A stretch of DNA of 63,273 nt, counting the filler. It is 4 parts of 4 records of this genome, joined end to end, with 100 filler letters (N's around TTAATTAATTAA, not from the genome) between each part and the next. Parts side by side here need not be neighbours in the genome. Positions count along the whole stretch, not along the records: positions 28,318 to 57,994 come from SRR31156797_2035; 3 more parts are not named here. One strand, 5' to 3'. The position numbers and the translations under genes were made by a program. The notes under the pieces were generated by a model, which searched no databases, was not told where the DNA came from, and saw nothing but the letters and a program-made list of their open reading frames with translations. This document shows positions 37,316-47,008 of this stretch, piece after piece. Numbering within the stretch: position 1 is the first letter of the stretch; each line of letters opens with the position of its first letter.

Positions 37316-39044
37316 CTATATGTGAAATTTTATTGCTAAATTGTTCAACTAAGAAACCCAATGCAATTAACTGCCATCCTGTATCTTTGCATTTTTTTAA
37401 TCGATCAACATCCAACGTGCTTAGTATCTCGTTGAGATTTTTGTCAATTTTTTGCATAAAAGGAAAAGTATTTACATAAGAATTGTAGAAATTATCTTTA
37501 CGTGTTTTACGTGCATTATGATAAAACAAGTAAAATTGCTTTTTAGGTAAAACCTCCTTAATAACTCCCATCAATTTAGAATTAATTGGCTCTCCTTTTG
37601 CAAAACTAAATCCATAATCAGATTCTATTGCCGCCAACTCAGGATTTATTTTACGAATCATATTTGCCTGGAAATCGAGTCCGCATCCTAAGGAATTTGT
37701 TGCTTCATAAGCTTTAGTGCTCACCCTGCTTTCAATGAAAGGGCCTGTAAAATAAACTGCTTTGTTTTCTAAATTTAGCCTGACAGCTCTATTGGATTGA
37801 TTATATACTTCATTATGATATCTTTTAACATGAATTCGTTTTACGCACTTACTGTCTCCTAATTCCAAAAGGGTTCTCACTTTTTCTGAGTACCAGTTAT
37901 AAAAGCTACGCTCTGATTTATTTGACATAAAAAGCTGATCGCTATACCTATAAAGCACATCATGTTTTAACCAGGCATCAAACGAATAATAAGGTCTTAT
38001 CATTCGCTCATAATTTCTATATTGCTCTCCTCCAATACCGTGCAATCCCAATGGAGCATTTTGATACACTTCTTTGACATAATCTAATGTATTATAAGCC
38101 TCATGCCAATATAGCTGTGTTCTGATTTGTCCATCGCAATGATAAAAAGCTTTTGTCAAATTATTTTTAGCCTGATCTTCTGTCATTTCTAATGGCGGGA
38201 TTACACTGTGCATTCTCAATTGACGGTTCGTAAAAGTACTTATTTCTTTTGCCACTTCAACTTCTTTTGTGACCGTTTTTCTCCAATGTGTAAAATAATG
38301 AATGTTTGTAAAATGGCGCTCTGCAAATGCCATTAACAATCGGCTATCAAAACCCCCAGTTAACCCTATTGTTACTCCATATTTTTCTACTATGGGTTTT
38401 AATCCATAAAAATATTTATCTAACTCTTCGAGTTGATTATCTATAAGCTCTTTATTCGATTTTCTATTTAAGCTAAATGATGGCCTGTTTAATTGTGTAA
38501 TTATTATTCCATTATATCTTATTTCTCCCTCTATCCTTTGAATCTCTTTGAATAAAGTGTCTGGACCAATTAAGGCTCCCGTTAACATATTTTCTACTAA
38601 AGCTTTCTGATTAATTGTGAGTTTGGGATTTGTTTCACATAAGGCCAGAAATGATGAAGAAAGCACTTCCTGTCTAGTAGCATAGACATTGGTAACTCCA
38701 GTAGCATCTCGTATTACCTCAATTTGATTATTATGAATAAAAACCAATGTAAACTGACCTAAAATTTCGTCTTTTTGTATACCATCATTTATATAATCAT
38801 TCAATAGCAGTTTTAGGCTGGAAACAATATCATTTTGTTTATAAACAACTATACCGTCAAGCAAAATAGCACTATCTCCCTGGCAATAATAATCGTTTTC
38901 TTTTATTAAGATTCTATTATAAAATACAATTTGATGTTTTGAAGTTTGAAACTCAATGGGATTAGAAAATCCCATCTTTTGAAATACTTCTGGATACAAC
39001 TCAGTATAATTTGACTCTTTGTTAATCAGATAAAAAGCACCCAT
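37305..39044 (-). CDS. Asparagine-synthetase-like amide ligase
   Basis: GQFTLV..IRDATG N-domain; PP-loop GLTGGFDSRLL; GIGGEQYR; no Ntn Cys2. Confidence 0.72.
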   Translation of the reverse strand: MGAFYLINKESNYTELYPEVFQKMGFSNPIEFQTSKHQIVFYNRILIKENDYYCQGDSAILLDGIVVYKQNDIVSSLKLLLNDYINDGIQKDEILGQFTLVFIHNNQIEVIRDATGVTNVYATRQEVLSSSFLALCETNPKLTINQKALVENMLTGALIGPDTLFKEIQRIEGEIRYNGIIITQLNRPSFSLNRKSNKELIDNQLEELDKYFYGLKPIVEKYGVTIGLTGGFDSRLLMAFAERHFTNIHYFTHWRKTVTKEVEVAKEISTFTNRQLRMHSVIPPLEMTEDQAKNNLTKAFYHCDGQIRTQLYWHEAYNTLDYVKEVYQNAPLGLHGIGGEQYRNYERMIRPYYSFDAWLKHDVLYRYSDQLFMSNKSERSFYNWYSEKVRTLLELGDSKCVKRIHVKRYHNEVYNQSNRAVRLNLENKAVYFTGPFIESRVSTKAYEATNSLGCGLDFQANMIRKINPELAAIESDYGFSFAKGEPINSKLMGVIKEVLPKKQFYLFYHNARKTRKDNFYNSYVNTFPFMQKIDKNLNEILSTLDVDRLKKCKDTGWQLIALGFLVEQFSNKISHIDEH

Positions 39045-39047
39045 AAA

Positions 39048-40022
39048 CTATTGATTTATAGTTTTAAACTTAATCTCTTGCTTAGGAGGGAAAAAGAATA
39101 AAAATCCAACTGTTGCTCCAATATCAATTAAAAAATACTTTAATATCATTTGCAACAGATTCTTTCGGATGGCTGAACGATACTTCATGTAATTACTTGC
39201 GCCTCTAAGTCCAATAGCTAACAAATAAAATAAAGCAATTAATGGATGAACTAAAATTGACAAAATCAAGGCTGGAATAAATAAGAACACTGTATAATTT
39301 ATTCTGACAATTCGCTTAAAAACGGCTCTGTTAAATAAATGTTTACGTAGAAGTAACCCACGGTACATTAATTTCTTAAAACCCTTTAGTTCAGAGCTTA
39401 TTTTACTATTAAAATTATATTGAATCGTATGGTGCCTCACATAAGTTTCTGCTGTTCTAAAAATATGGAAACCACTTCTCGCTAATCGGTAACATAAATC
39501 TATATCCTGGGATTTATCAAATTCTGTTTTCATTCCCCCACTTCTTCTCCATAGTTCCTTATGTATAACAAATGCACCTCCATTAGTTATATCGGTTCTG
39601 TTTAGTTTAGAGGAACCAAAAAGTGGTTTTTCGATTAAAAATTTCCATGAATTATCATAAAATACATCAATAAGCTGTCCTGTTAGAAACTTCTTCCCCT
39701 CGTTCTTATATTTTATAAAAGACTTATGCCAATCCGGATTAATCTCCATGTCACCATCCAAAAAAAAGTACCATACTCCACTGGCTTGATCTGCCCCAAC
39801 ATTTCTAGCAATGGCGGCATTACAATGCCCTGTTATTTGTAAAACTGTTATTTTACGGTCAAAAGAAAGAACAGATTCTAGGCTGCCATCTGTTGAGTTT
39901 GAGTCTACATAAATTATTTCTGAATCTTCAATGTTGTTTTGGTCAATGTATGTACTAACAGCTTTGAGGGTTTGGTTAATTTTCCATCCCTCATTATAGC
40001 CTATAATAATAAAACTGATCAT
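39048..40022 (-). CDS. GT2 glycosyltransferase
   Basis: ISFIIIGYNE, YVDSNSTDGS, ARNVG, FLDGD; C-terminal TMs. Confidence 0.9.
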   Translation of the reverse strand: MISFIIIGYNEGWKINQTLKAVSTYIDQNNIEDSEIIYVDSNSTDGSLESVLSFDRKITVLQITGHCNAAIARNVGADQASGVWYFFLDGDMEINPDWHKSFIKYKNEGKKFLTGQLIDVFYDNSWKFLIEKPLFGSSKLNRTDITNGGAFVIHKELWRRSGGMKTEFDKSQDIDLCYRLARSGFHIFRTAETYVRHHTIQYNFNSKISSELKGFKKLMYRGLLLRKHLFNRAVFKRIVRINYTVFLFIPALILSILVHPLIALFYLLAIGLRGASNYMKYRSAIRKNLLQMILKYFLIDIGATVGFLFFFPPKQEIKFKTINQ

Positions 40023-40823
40023 TTAATTTCTAATATCTTTAATGAACTCATATGCTGGTTTGATTTGAACATCTTTTTGTTCCTTTAAAAATGATAAAAA
40101 CAATTCAAATCCATCAAAAATTGACTGCTCACTATACAGAACCCAGGGATGAAAACCAATACCTGCAAGCCCTCCTTCCGGAATTTTATCATACATGTTT
40201 CTAAAGTAATAAAAAACATAATCCTTATTCTTTCCATTTTGAAACACCCCCCAATCATCACCTAAAGAATATAAACGAATTGTTTTATTAAGGCCGGGTA
40301 ATACATATTTAAAAGGTTTAAAGGTAAATTCCCTTTTACTTGTAATAACATCATATTCATATTTATACCTTTTCAGCAATCTTAATAATGTAAGAGACCA
40401 CTTACCATTTGGGCTATGAAAGCCTTTGATTTGTGAAGTAAAGGACAATTCCATTTGTTCAAAATCTTTTTTAAGCTTGCTTTGCGATAAACTATATGGT
40501 GAAATATGATTATAAGTGTGTGATCCTATTTCATGTCCTCCAGCTAAAATCTGCTGAATGCTTGATGGGTAGTGTTGGAAAATTCGCCCAACAGTAAACC
40601 ATGTTGTTTTTAAATTATGCTTTTCAAGTAAGTTTAACAACTCATCAATGTGTTCATCCGAAACTTCCGTTTTATGCCCTCCAAACTCTCTTTCATAATC
40701 AAAATAAATGAACAAACTCCTTTTATCTTGCATAGCTGAAGGAATAGCAAATACCTTTTTGGGAAGGAAAGTATTTAAAACACGATAATAAAGCTTCACA
40801 TTAAAATCATTAATCCTTTTCAT
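40023..40823 (-). CDS. Polysaccharide deacetylase (CE4)
   Basis: FDYE, TWFTVG, GHEIGSHTYNH, GFHSP, GFHPW. Confidence 0.85.
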   Translation of the reverse strand: MKRINDFNVKLYYRVLNTFLPKKVFAIPSAMQDKRSLFIYFDYEREFGGHKTEVSDEHIDELLNLLEKHNLKTTWFTVGRIFQHYPSSIQQILAGGHEIGSHTYNHISPYSLSQSKLKKDFEQMELSFTSQIKGFHSPNGKWSLTLLRLLKRYKYEYDVITSKREFTFKPFKYVLPGLNKTIRLYSLGDDWGVFQNGKNKDYVFYYFRNMYDKIPEGGLAGIGFHPWVLYSEQSIFDGFELFLSFLKEQKDVQIKPAYEFIKDIRN

Positions 40824-40825
40824 AA

Positions 40826-41884
40826 CTAATTCCTGTATTTCAAATACTTAAAAAGCCTACCACGTATAGGTTTCAATACCTTTCCATAAATAGGAAGAAA
40901 CTGAACATGATCTCCTCCAAAACCATACTTAAAACGCCAAATTTTATATGAGGGATGATCCTTTTGTGGGATTGGTCCAGGGCAAAATCCCATGTCATAT
41001 ATCATAGCATTTTTCCCTTTCATTGTTTTAATCATTGACCATTGTGCTAACTGGCCTGGGGATGGACAACCTTCTAACTCTTTAAAATTATAATTTATAG
41101 CTCCGTGCAAATAAGAAGCTATACCAAAATTACTTGCAATTGAAAAGTTTACAATGGTATCTTGATAAGTATAAACAAATAAATTCGCATAGCCGGCTTC
41201 CATTAAAGAATGTACTTCGTGTTTAAACTTTTCTTCTGGATACATATGAAAGTTTTTTTCTGTAGCTATAATCTTATAATATTCCCAAAATTTTTGAATG
41301 AGTTTATTATCTGGATCTTGATATACAATCGTTTTTATGTTAGACTTCAATCCTTGTCTTACATCATAACGCGTTTGTCTTTTCATCTTTTTTAACAAAT
41401 AATCTTCACTTTTCCTTAAATCTATCCAATATGTATGTCGCCCTTCTGTAAGTATGTCGTAGTTCTTCATGGCGCTGTAAAACAGCGTCTTAATGTTTGT
41501 ACTCTCTCCTCTAATACTTTGGGGCAACCAAGGATTAACTCTAATAAAAGATGCATTGTTGATCTTGGCAAACTCTTCAAAATGATTTATCAATAATAAT
41601 AGTAAATCTTTGGTGGGTTGGTTTTTAAATATAAATCCTGATTGTATATCTGCTGTAGTAATTAAATTGTATTTTGATTTTTTTATTGCGTAATTTACTC
41701 CAGCAATATCTTCACCATTATAGTTAAAAATAAAACTAGTAACTTTCCTGTTATTATTTTCCTTAGATTTTTCGTATTCTATGCTTTGGCGATAAGATGG
41801 ATATAGAGAATTATACAAAAGCTCATTCCATCTTTTCTTATCTTCAGAATTTACTTCATTGATATTATAATTTAAAGTCATCAT
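40826..41884 (-). CDS. FemAB/FemX-like aminoacyltransferase
   Basis: TYWIDLRKSEDYLLKKMKRQTRYDVR, QWSMI, YDMG, WRFKYGFGG. Confidence 0.82.
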   Translation of the reverse strand: MMTLNYNINEVNSEDKKRWNELLYNSLYPSYRQSIEYEKSKENNNRKVTSFIFNYNGEDIAGVNYAIKKSKYNLITTADIQSGFIFKNQPTKDLLLLLINHFEEFAKINNASFIRVNPWLPQSIRGESTNIKTLFYSAMKNYDILTEGRHTYWIDLRKSEDYLLKKMKRQTRYDVRQGLKSNIKTIVYQDPDNKLIQKFWEYYKIIATEKNFHMYPEEKFKHEVHSLMEAGYANLFVYTYQDTIVNFSIASNFGIASYLHGAINYNFKELEGCPSPGQLAQWSMIKTMKGKNAMIYDMGFCPGPIPQKDHPSYKIWRFKYGFGGDHVQFLPIYGKVLKPIRGRLFKYLKYRN

Positions 41885-41891
41885 TCAATAC

Positions 41892-42548
41892 TTATTTTAC
41901 AACCTTTCTGAATGGATTTTTTAAAAAGCCTTTAAAAGAACGGAAAATCTTAAAAATTGGCCATTGAATAACATAATTTTGACTATAAAGCTTATACCCG
42001 TTACTTAAAACAGAATCTATACCTTTCTTATTTTTATCTTCGATCTGAATAAAAATATGGTTAGCTCCATTCTTTACGCAATAGTTTATGCGTTCTTGTT
42101 CCATGCGAGTATGGAGCCCCTTGTGACGATGTTCAGGCACACAATATCCATCTTTTAATAAAAATTGGTCATCATTTAGATATACTCCAAATTCTTCAAA
42201 ATAGGGAATACTCTTATGAATAATCCATGCGATATAAGCAATATCTCCATTTTGTTCATCAAAAACAGCTAAGCCTTTCCATGCATTACTTTTAAGCCGC
42301 GGAATTACTTTATTTTCGAAAGTGTTTTTTCCTCTTGATTCATGGGCTTTTCTAAGTTTTTCTTTATCATTATTATTTACTTCACGAATACTATACCTAT
42401 CATCTATTTCGCACAAACCCCTAATAATCTGCGGGTTGCCATGAATATATGTGTTTGTTTTTCGAAATTTTGGGATAATTTGCCACAAAAAAAGTCTGAA
42501 TGATTTTGGCAATATAACTCTTAATTTGTTTTTAATAGATTTATTCAT
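41892..42548 (-). CDS. GNAT-family acyltransferase
   Basis: DGYCVPEHRHKGL acetyl-CoA-binding motif. Confidence 0.7.
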   Translation of the reverse strand: MNKSIKNKLRVILPKSFRLFLWQIIPKFRKTNTYIHGNPQIIRGLCEIDDRYSIREVNNNDKEKLRKAHESRGKNTFENKVIPRLKSNAWKGLAVFDEQNGDIAYIAWIIHKSIPYFEEFGVYLNDDQFLLKDGYCVPEHRHKGLHTRMEQERINYCVKNGANHIFIQIEDKNKKGIDSVLSNGYKLYSQNYVIQWPIFKIFRSFKGFLKNPFRKVVK

Positions 42549-43999
42549 TTATGAGTGTTCTGTAAAGATTTTTGTACCTTATTTCGAGAATCGATCCTAG
42601 CATTAATATTGTTAAGAAACAATACCCATAAAATGATAGCGTCAGTAGGAGTATCCCAAAAAGATATCATTATTTCATTGGTAGAATGAATTAACATCAT
42701 GGACATAATAATAATACCAAAAACAAAAATCCCCCTTAATGAAGAATATTTAATTTCTAGCTTAAAGATATAAAAAACCATACCAATTGCGGTAAGCCAT
42801 ATTATTATAAGTCCCAAAATCCCACTCGTAATTAATACAGAATGATTTCCAACATGATGGTCAAAATATTGCGCGGATACTTTACTAAATCCAAACCCGA
42901 AAATTGGGCTCTCATTAAATCGCGTAAGAGCTTTAGGACCTCGCTCAGTGAAACGAGAAACAGTTCCTTGTGCTGTTATATCTCCTTCAGCAACACTTTC
43001 TAAAGTAGAAAATCTTTCAAGCCCATATTTTAAATTCTCTTTATATTTAGATGGTAAAAAGATAATTAAAAAGAAAGTTAAAATAATAGCACTAAAAAGA
43101 ACTTTGGAAGTTAAAAGATTTTTCAAATAAAACAAAATTGAAACTATTATTACAAACCCCAGACCCAACATCCAACCTCTTGTGGCACCATTAATAATTG
43201 ACAAGGATGATAAAAGAATCACAACCCAAAGATAACCTGCTTTAAATTCTTTTTTGCGAATAATCAGATAGTATATAGAAATCGATGCTGAATAATACAT
43301 TAACCTCAGTCCCACACCTATTCTCATCAATCCAGTACTATCAAAAATTAAGTGTGTTCTTGTTGGTCGCCCAAAAACAAGCGTTTGCAAAATTTGGCCT
43401 TTTAAAAGAATCTCTCCTACGGCAACAAAAGACATAATAATTGCCCAAACAAAAATAATCCGATTAAACTGTAAAATTTCCTCGGCATTTAGCATCCTGG
43501 TAAAGACAAAAAATAACAATATTCCTGAAAAGCTAGTTATAAGAAAATAATATGATCTCATATCATTCCCATACGTAAAGCCAATAATTATTAAAAACAA
43601 TAAATAAATCACAAAAATTCTATAAAACGGCGTAAAATAATCCTTTATTAAATACCTTCTGAACCTTATTGAATACAAATACTTTATGAAAAAAGCTATT
43701 GAAAAAGCATAAAAGTAAACCAACCCTACCGTAGAAGAAACTTGAAGAATCCAGTTATAAGGAGGGCTATAAAACATCTTATCAGGATAAAGCATTAAAA
43801 CAAATAATATAACAGTTACTAATACTTTATCTTTACTACGTAACAAAAAAGCTAAGACAATTAAAAAATATGCGGTTCGGGATAATTGGGTGTTGAGACC
43901 ATAAACCATAACCGAACCCAGCAATAATATACCTAATATATAAAATATCGATTTAACAACATGTTTTTTGTTGTAGATTATTAAATTCTGTTTTTTCAT
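42545..43999 (-). CDS. wzy: O-antigen polymerase/ligase family membrane protein
   Basis: About 11 TM segments, ATRGW, ESPIFGFGF, HVGNHSVL; inside a wzx-containing cluster. Confidence 0.75.
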   Translation of the reverse strand: MKKQNLIIYNKKHVVKSIFYILGILLLGSVMVYGLNTQLSRTAYFLIVLAFLLRSKDKVLVTVILFVLMLYPDKMFYSPPYNWILQVSSTVGLVYFYAFSIAFFIKYLYSIRFRRYLIKDYFTPFYRIFVIYLLFLIIIGFTYGNDMRSYYFLITSFSGILLFFVFTRMLNAEEILQFNRIIFVWAIIMSFVAVGEILLKGQILQTLVFGRPTRTHLIFDSTGLMRIGVGLRLMYYSASISIYYLIIRKKEFKAGYLWVVILLSSLSIINGATRGWMLGLGFVIIVSILFYLKNLLTSKVLFSAIILTFFLIIFLPSKYKENLKYGLERFSTLESVAEGDITAQGTVSRFTERGPKALTRFNESPIFGFGFSKVSAQYFDHHVGNHSVLITSGILGLIIIWLTAIGMVFYIFKLEIKYSSLRGIFVFGIIIMSMMLIHSTNEIMISFWDTPTDAIILWVLFLNNINARIDSRNKVQKSLQNTHK

Positions 44000-44025
44000 T
44001 TTTGGGGATGGTTACGTAATAGTAA

Positions 44026-45150
44026 CTAACTCATTATTTCTTTATAAATTTGATTCTGGAAGTCTATTATTTTATATTTTAATACCATATCTTTTAATTT
44101 TTGAAGATTGTTGCTAGCAATCTCAATCGGTAATTGTAGATTATTATTTTGTAAGTCATTTTCAAAATCTTGTATCGTATATACAACCAATCCTTCGTAA
44201 ATTAACCATTTATAAAAAACATTTTTAGTATTTAAATATACTTTTACTCCCTTTTCCAGGGCTGTAAATATGTTATTACCAGCCAATTGCCGATAGCTAT
44301 TAATTACTAATGCACTTACCTGATCATAAAATTCCTTGTATTTCTCCTGACTCAAAAAATCTTCAATAAGTTCATAATAATCCTTATTATTTATTCGATT
44401 TCGTACACATTGTGTATAACGGTTTTCAACACCATAGTTAAAAAACAAGGTGAACCGATATTGATTTTTATTTACAGAGTTATCAATTAGGTCAATAATA
44501 TCTAAATGGTTGTTATAGATGTTTTTGTTATTTCCAACAATAATTATTGGTGTTTTAACCTTGTTTTTTCTAACAAGCGAACCTTTGACAGGCATCCTCG
44601 GAATATGAATGAACTCAGGTAAATTACTCCAGTACAACTTTAAAAAAACATATTCTTCTTCACTAGTTGTTAACATGAAATCTATTCGAGATATTGCGTT
44701 ATAAAACAATTTGTCTGATTTCCCCTTTATGACTGTTGAATAAAAAACCTTTAAATTATTATAAATTTTATATATCGCAGTTTTATCAGCATTGATAGCC
44801 TGAAGTGTCTTTTCACTCAGATACCGATGTTTTGCGCGGCCATATAGCTCATAACCAAAAAAGCGCCAGGCAATTTTAACACTTTTGGGCAATAATTGCA
44901 CAATTCTACTTGTAAAATAGTCTATCCCATAAAAAACCACTAAATCCGCTTGTCTACATAATTCAATTATCTTTCTTATGTCTGATTTTCCTTTTGAAAA
45001 TAACAATGCGTTATTTTTGAATTTTCCATTGTAAGGAGTTTGATTCTGTATGATGATGTTTTTATTCTGAAAAAGCTCCCCATCAAATATTTGGGATGTG
45101 AAAACAAACTTATAGCTAGTGTGAATGTGAATTGCAATGATCTTTTTCAT
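44026..45150 (-). CDS. WecF-like (GT56) 4-amino-6-deoxyhexose transferase
   Basis: WRFFGYELY, IIVGNN...NNHLD, RQLAGNNI..AL..GVKVYL. Confidence 0.65.
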   Translation of the reverse strand: MKKIIAIHIHTSYKFVFTSQIFDGELFQNKNIIIQNQTPYNGKFKNNALLFSKGKSDIRKIIELCRQADLVVFYGIDYFTSRIVQLLPKSVKIAWRFFGYELYGRAKHRYLSEKTLQAINADKTAIYKIYNNLKVFYSTVIKGKSDKLFYNAISRIDFMLTTSEEEYVFLKLYWSNLPEFIHIPRMPVKGSLVRKNKVKTPIIIVGNNKNIYNNHLDIIDLIDNSVNKNQYRFTLFFNYGVENRYTQCVRNRINNKDYYELIEDFLSQEKYKEFYDQVSALVINSYRQLAGNNIFTALEKGVKVYLNTKNVFYKWLIYEGLVVYTIQDFENDLQNNNLQLPIEIASNNLQKLKDMVLKYKIIDFQNQIYKEIMS

Positions 45151-45207
45151 TGACCAATAATTAATTAAACATTGCTAGGGATCTCGTTTTAAAAATAACG
45201 AATTCTA

Positions 45208-46230
45208 TTATATACTATGAAAATAATTATATGCTAACTTTAGCTTATCTACTTCATTTTCAGTTAACATTATCTTATTGGTATTGTTGAATGATGAAAT
45301 CCCTGAATATGATTTTGGTAAAGCATATCCGTGAGCTTTATATTTTTCTCTTATCTCATGATAATATTTCCCCGGATCATTACAGAAACCTTCATATTTA
45401 ATAATGATTTTATTCTTTTCCGGGATAGAACTCAATGCACTTTTTATGGCTTTATTCGTATAATACACCTGGCCTGCAATTTGGTGGTTAACATCAAGTG
45501 ATTTAAGATAATCATATTCTTTGGGCTTGGCTCCAAGCCAAATATCTTTTGTTTTATAGTATTTTTCTCTAGCAAACAATATTGACTGCATATTGAAAAT
45601 AGGATCGCGTTCTGTATGCACAAAAATCATTTTCTTTGAGACCCCCCACAGCTGCTCAATATTGTATTGTATCATAAAGGCTTTCGTGCAAAACGGTTTT
45701 TTAAAAACTGCTTCTATAGAGGCTAACCCAGCAAGCAATCCTTTAACATTTACTTTTTTAAACTCTGCTTCATCTAGAAATTCAGGGTCAAAGTTATCCA
45801 TATAGTTTCGGAAGAAATGTTGGAACTCATTTACTGCAAGTGCTCCTTTACTTTTACCAAGATTGGATTTCAGATTAACTTTTGAGGATATATCATGAAA
45901 ATCCCCATGAAAATCATAATCATCATCAAAAATCATTTTCTGAATTAATGCCCCAATATATGGAGCATAGGCAAATCTGGTTAAAAAATTAGATCCATAT
46001 GAATGGGTTCCAAGGGAGGCAATCCATTGTGTAAATAATGTTGTTCCGCTTCTTGGGGCACCAACAATAAGTAATGGTGGATACTTAAGTTCAGAAATTT
46101 TACCTTCAACTTCTTTTTGAATTGGTTTTAAAAGTTCTATTAGCTCTGAAAGAAGTTCATTCAGCTTTTGATTTTTTTTGAATTCCTCTGATTTATCAGA
46201 TTCATACTCTAAAAAAGTTGATTTTCCCAT
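45208..46230 (-). CDS. PAPS-dependent sulfotransferase
   Basis: IVGAPRSGTTL 5'-PSB motif, RDP..S, IKYEGFC.DP. Confidence 0.85.
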   Translation of the reverse strand: MGKSTFLEYESDKSEEFKKNQKLNELLSELIELLKPIQKEVEGKISELKYPPLLIVGAPRSGTTLFTQWIASLGTHSYGSNFLTRFAYAPYIGALIQKMIFDDDYDFHGDFHDISSKVNLKSNLGKSKGALAVNEFQHFFRNYMDNFDPEFLDEAEFKKVNVKGLLAGLASIEAVFKKPFCTKAFMIQYNIEQLWGVSKKMIFVHTERDPIFNMQSILFAREKYYKTKDIWLGAKPKEYDYLKSLDVNHQIAGQVYYTNKAIKSALSSIPEKNKIIIKYEGFCNDPGKYYHEIREKYKAHGYALPKSYSGISSFNNTNKIMLTENEVDKLKLAYNYFHSI

Positions 46231-46231
46231 T

Positions 46232-46924
46232 TTATTGAAAAGTATATTCTTTAAGAAGATTTTTCACTTCTTGTTTGGTGTTAAACATTAATACATCAAT
46301 CATTGAAAGATTAGATTCAAATCTATTTTTTGAAAATTGCTTATAAGAAATTTCTTTATTAGGCACTAAAAACTTAGAATGAATACTAAAATCACTTTTA
46401 CTATATAATTCAAGGCTACCAGGAGGTAGAATTAATTCATTAGCACCTATAGTATCGCAAAGTGAATTTATTTTGTTTTTTTTATCAAAATTTCGATCAT
46501 ATTCTAAAACAGAACTTGTAGTGAAATTTGCTGAAAGATCTAGATATACAGCAACTGTCTTTATTGATTCTATAGCATAATCAGATATTCTATTACTATC
46601 TATTTTCAACACCTTATCAATTATTTTATTAATTTCTTGAAAATGAGGAGCCCTTTGATAAGTCATTTTAATACTATTTGCAAACTTTTCTTTCCATGCA
46701 GAATCTGCAATTAAAATTTCATTAATATGCGTGTTAACATCGGCTTTTTTAACAGGAATTGTTATCAAAGTCCTTCCTTCTTTTGAAAGTATGTAATTTC
46801 TATTAATCCATCCTCTTTGAATGTATTGAACATCATCATAGAACACAAACTCATCAACAGATTTAACCATCTGAAAATATCCAATATATGGAAAAAAATA
46901 GGGTTGCATTATTGCAAGTTTCAT
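46232..46924 (-). CDS. wbqC: WbqC-family protein (putative glycyl transferase)
   Basis: IMQPYFFPYIGYFQ, FVFYDDVQY..RGWINRN, LSMIDVLMF. Confidence 0.9.
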   Translation of the reverse strand: MKLAIMQPYFFPYIGYFQMVKSVDEFVFYDDVQYIQRGWINRNYILSKEGRTLITIPVKKADVNTHINEILIADSAWKEKFANSIKMTYQRAPHFQEINKIIDKVLKIDSNRISDYAIESIKTVAVYLDLSANFTTSSVLEYDRNFDKKNKINSLCDTIGANELILPPGSLELYSKSDFSIHSKFLVPNKEISYKQFSKNRFESNLSMIDVLMFNTKQEVKNLLKEYTFQ

Positions 46925-47008
46925 AAATCAATCTTTAATTGGTTTTTCAATTTGAGAAATATATTAATTATAGAACTTGAAAGTCCATCTTTCTTATTTG
47001 AACAATTG

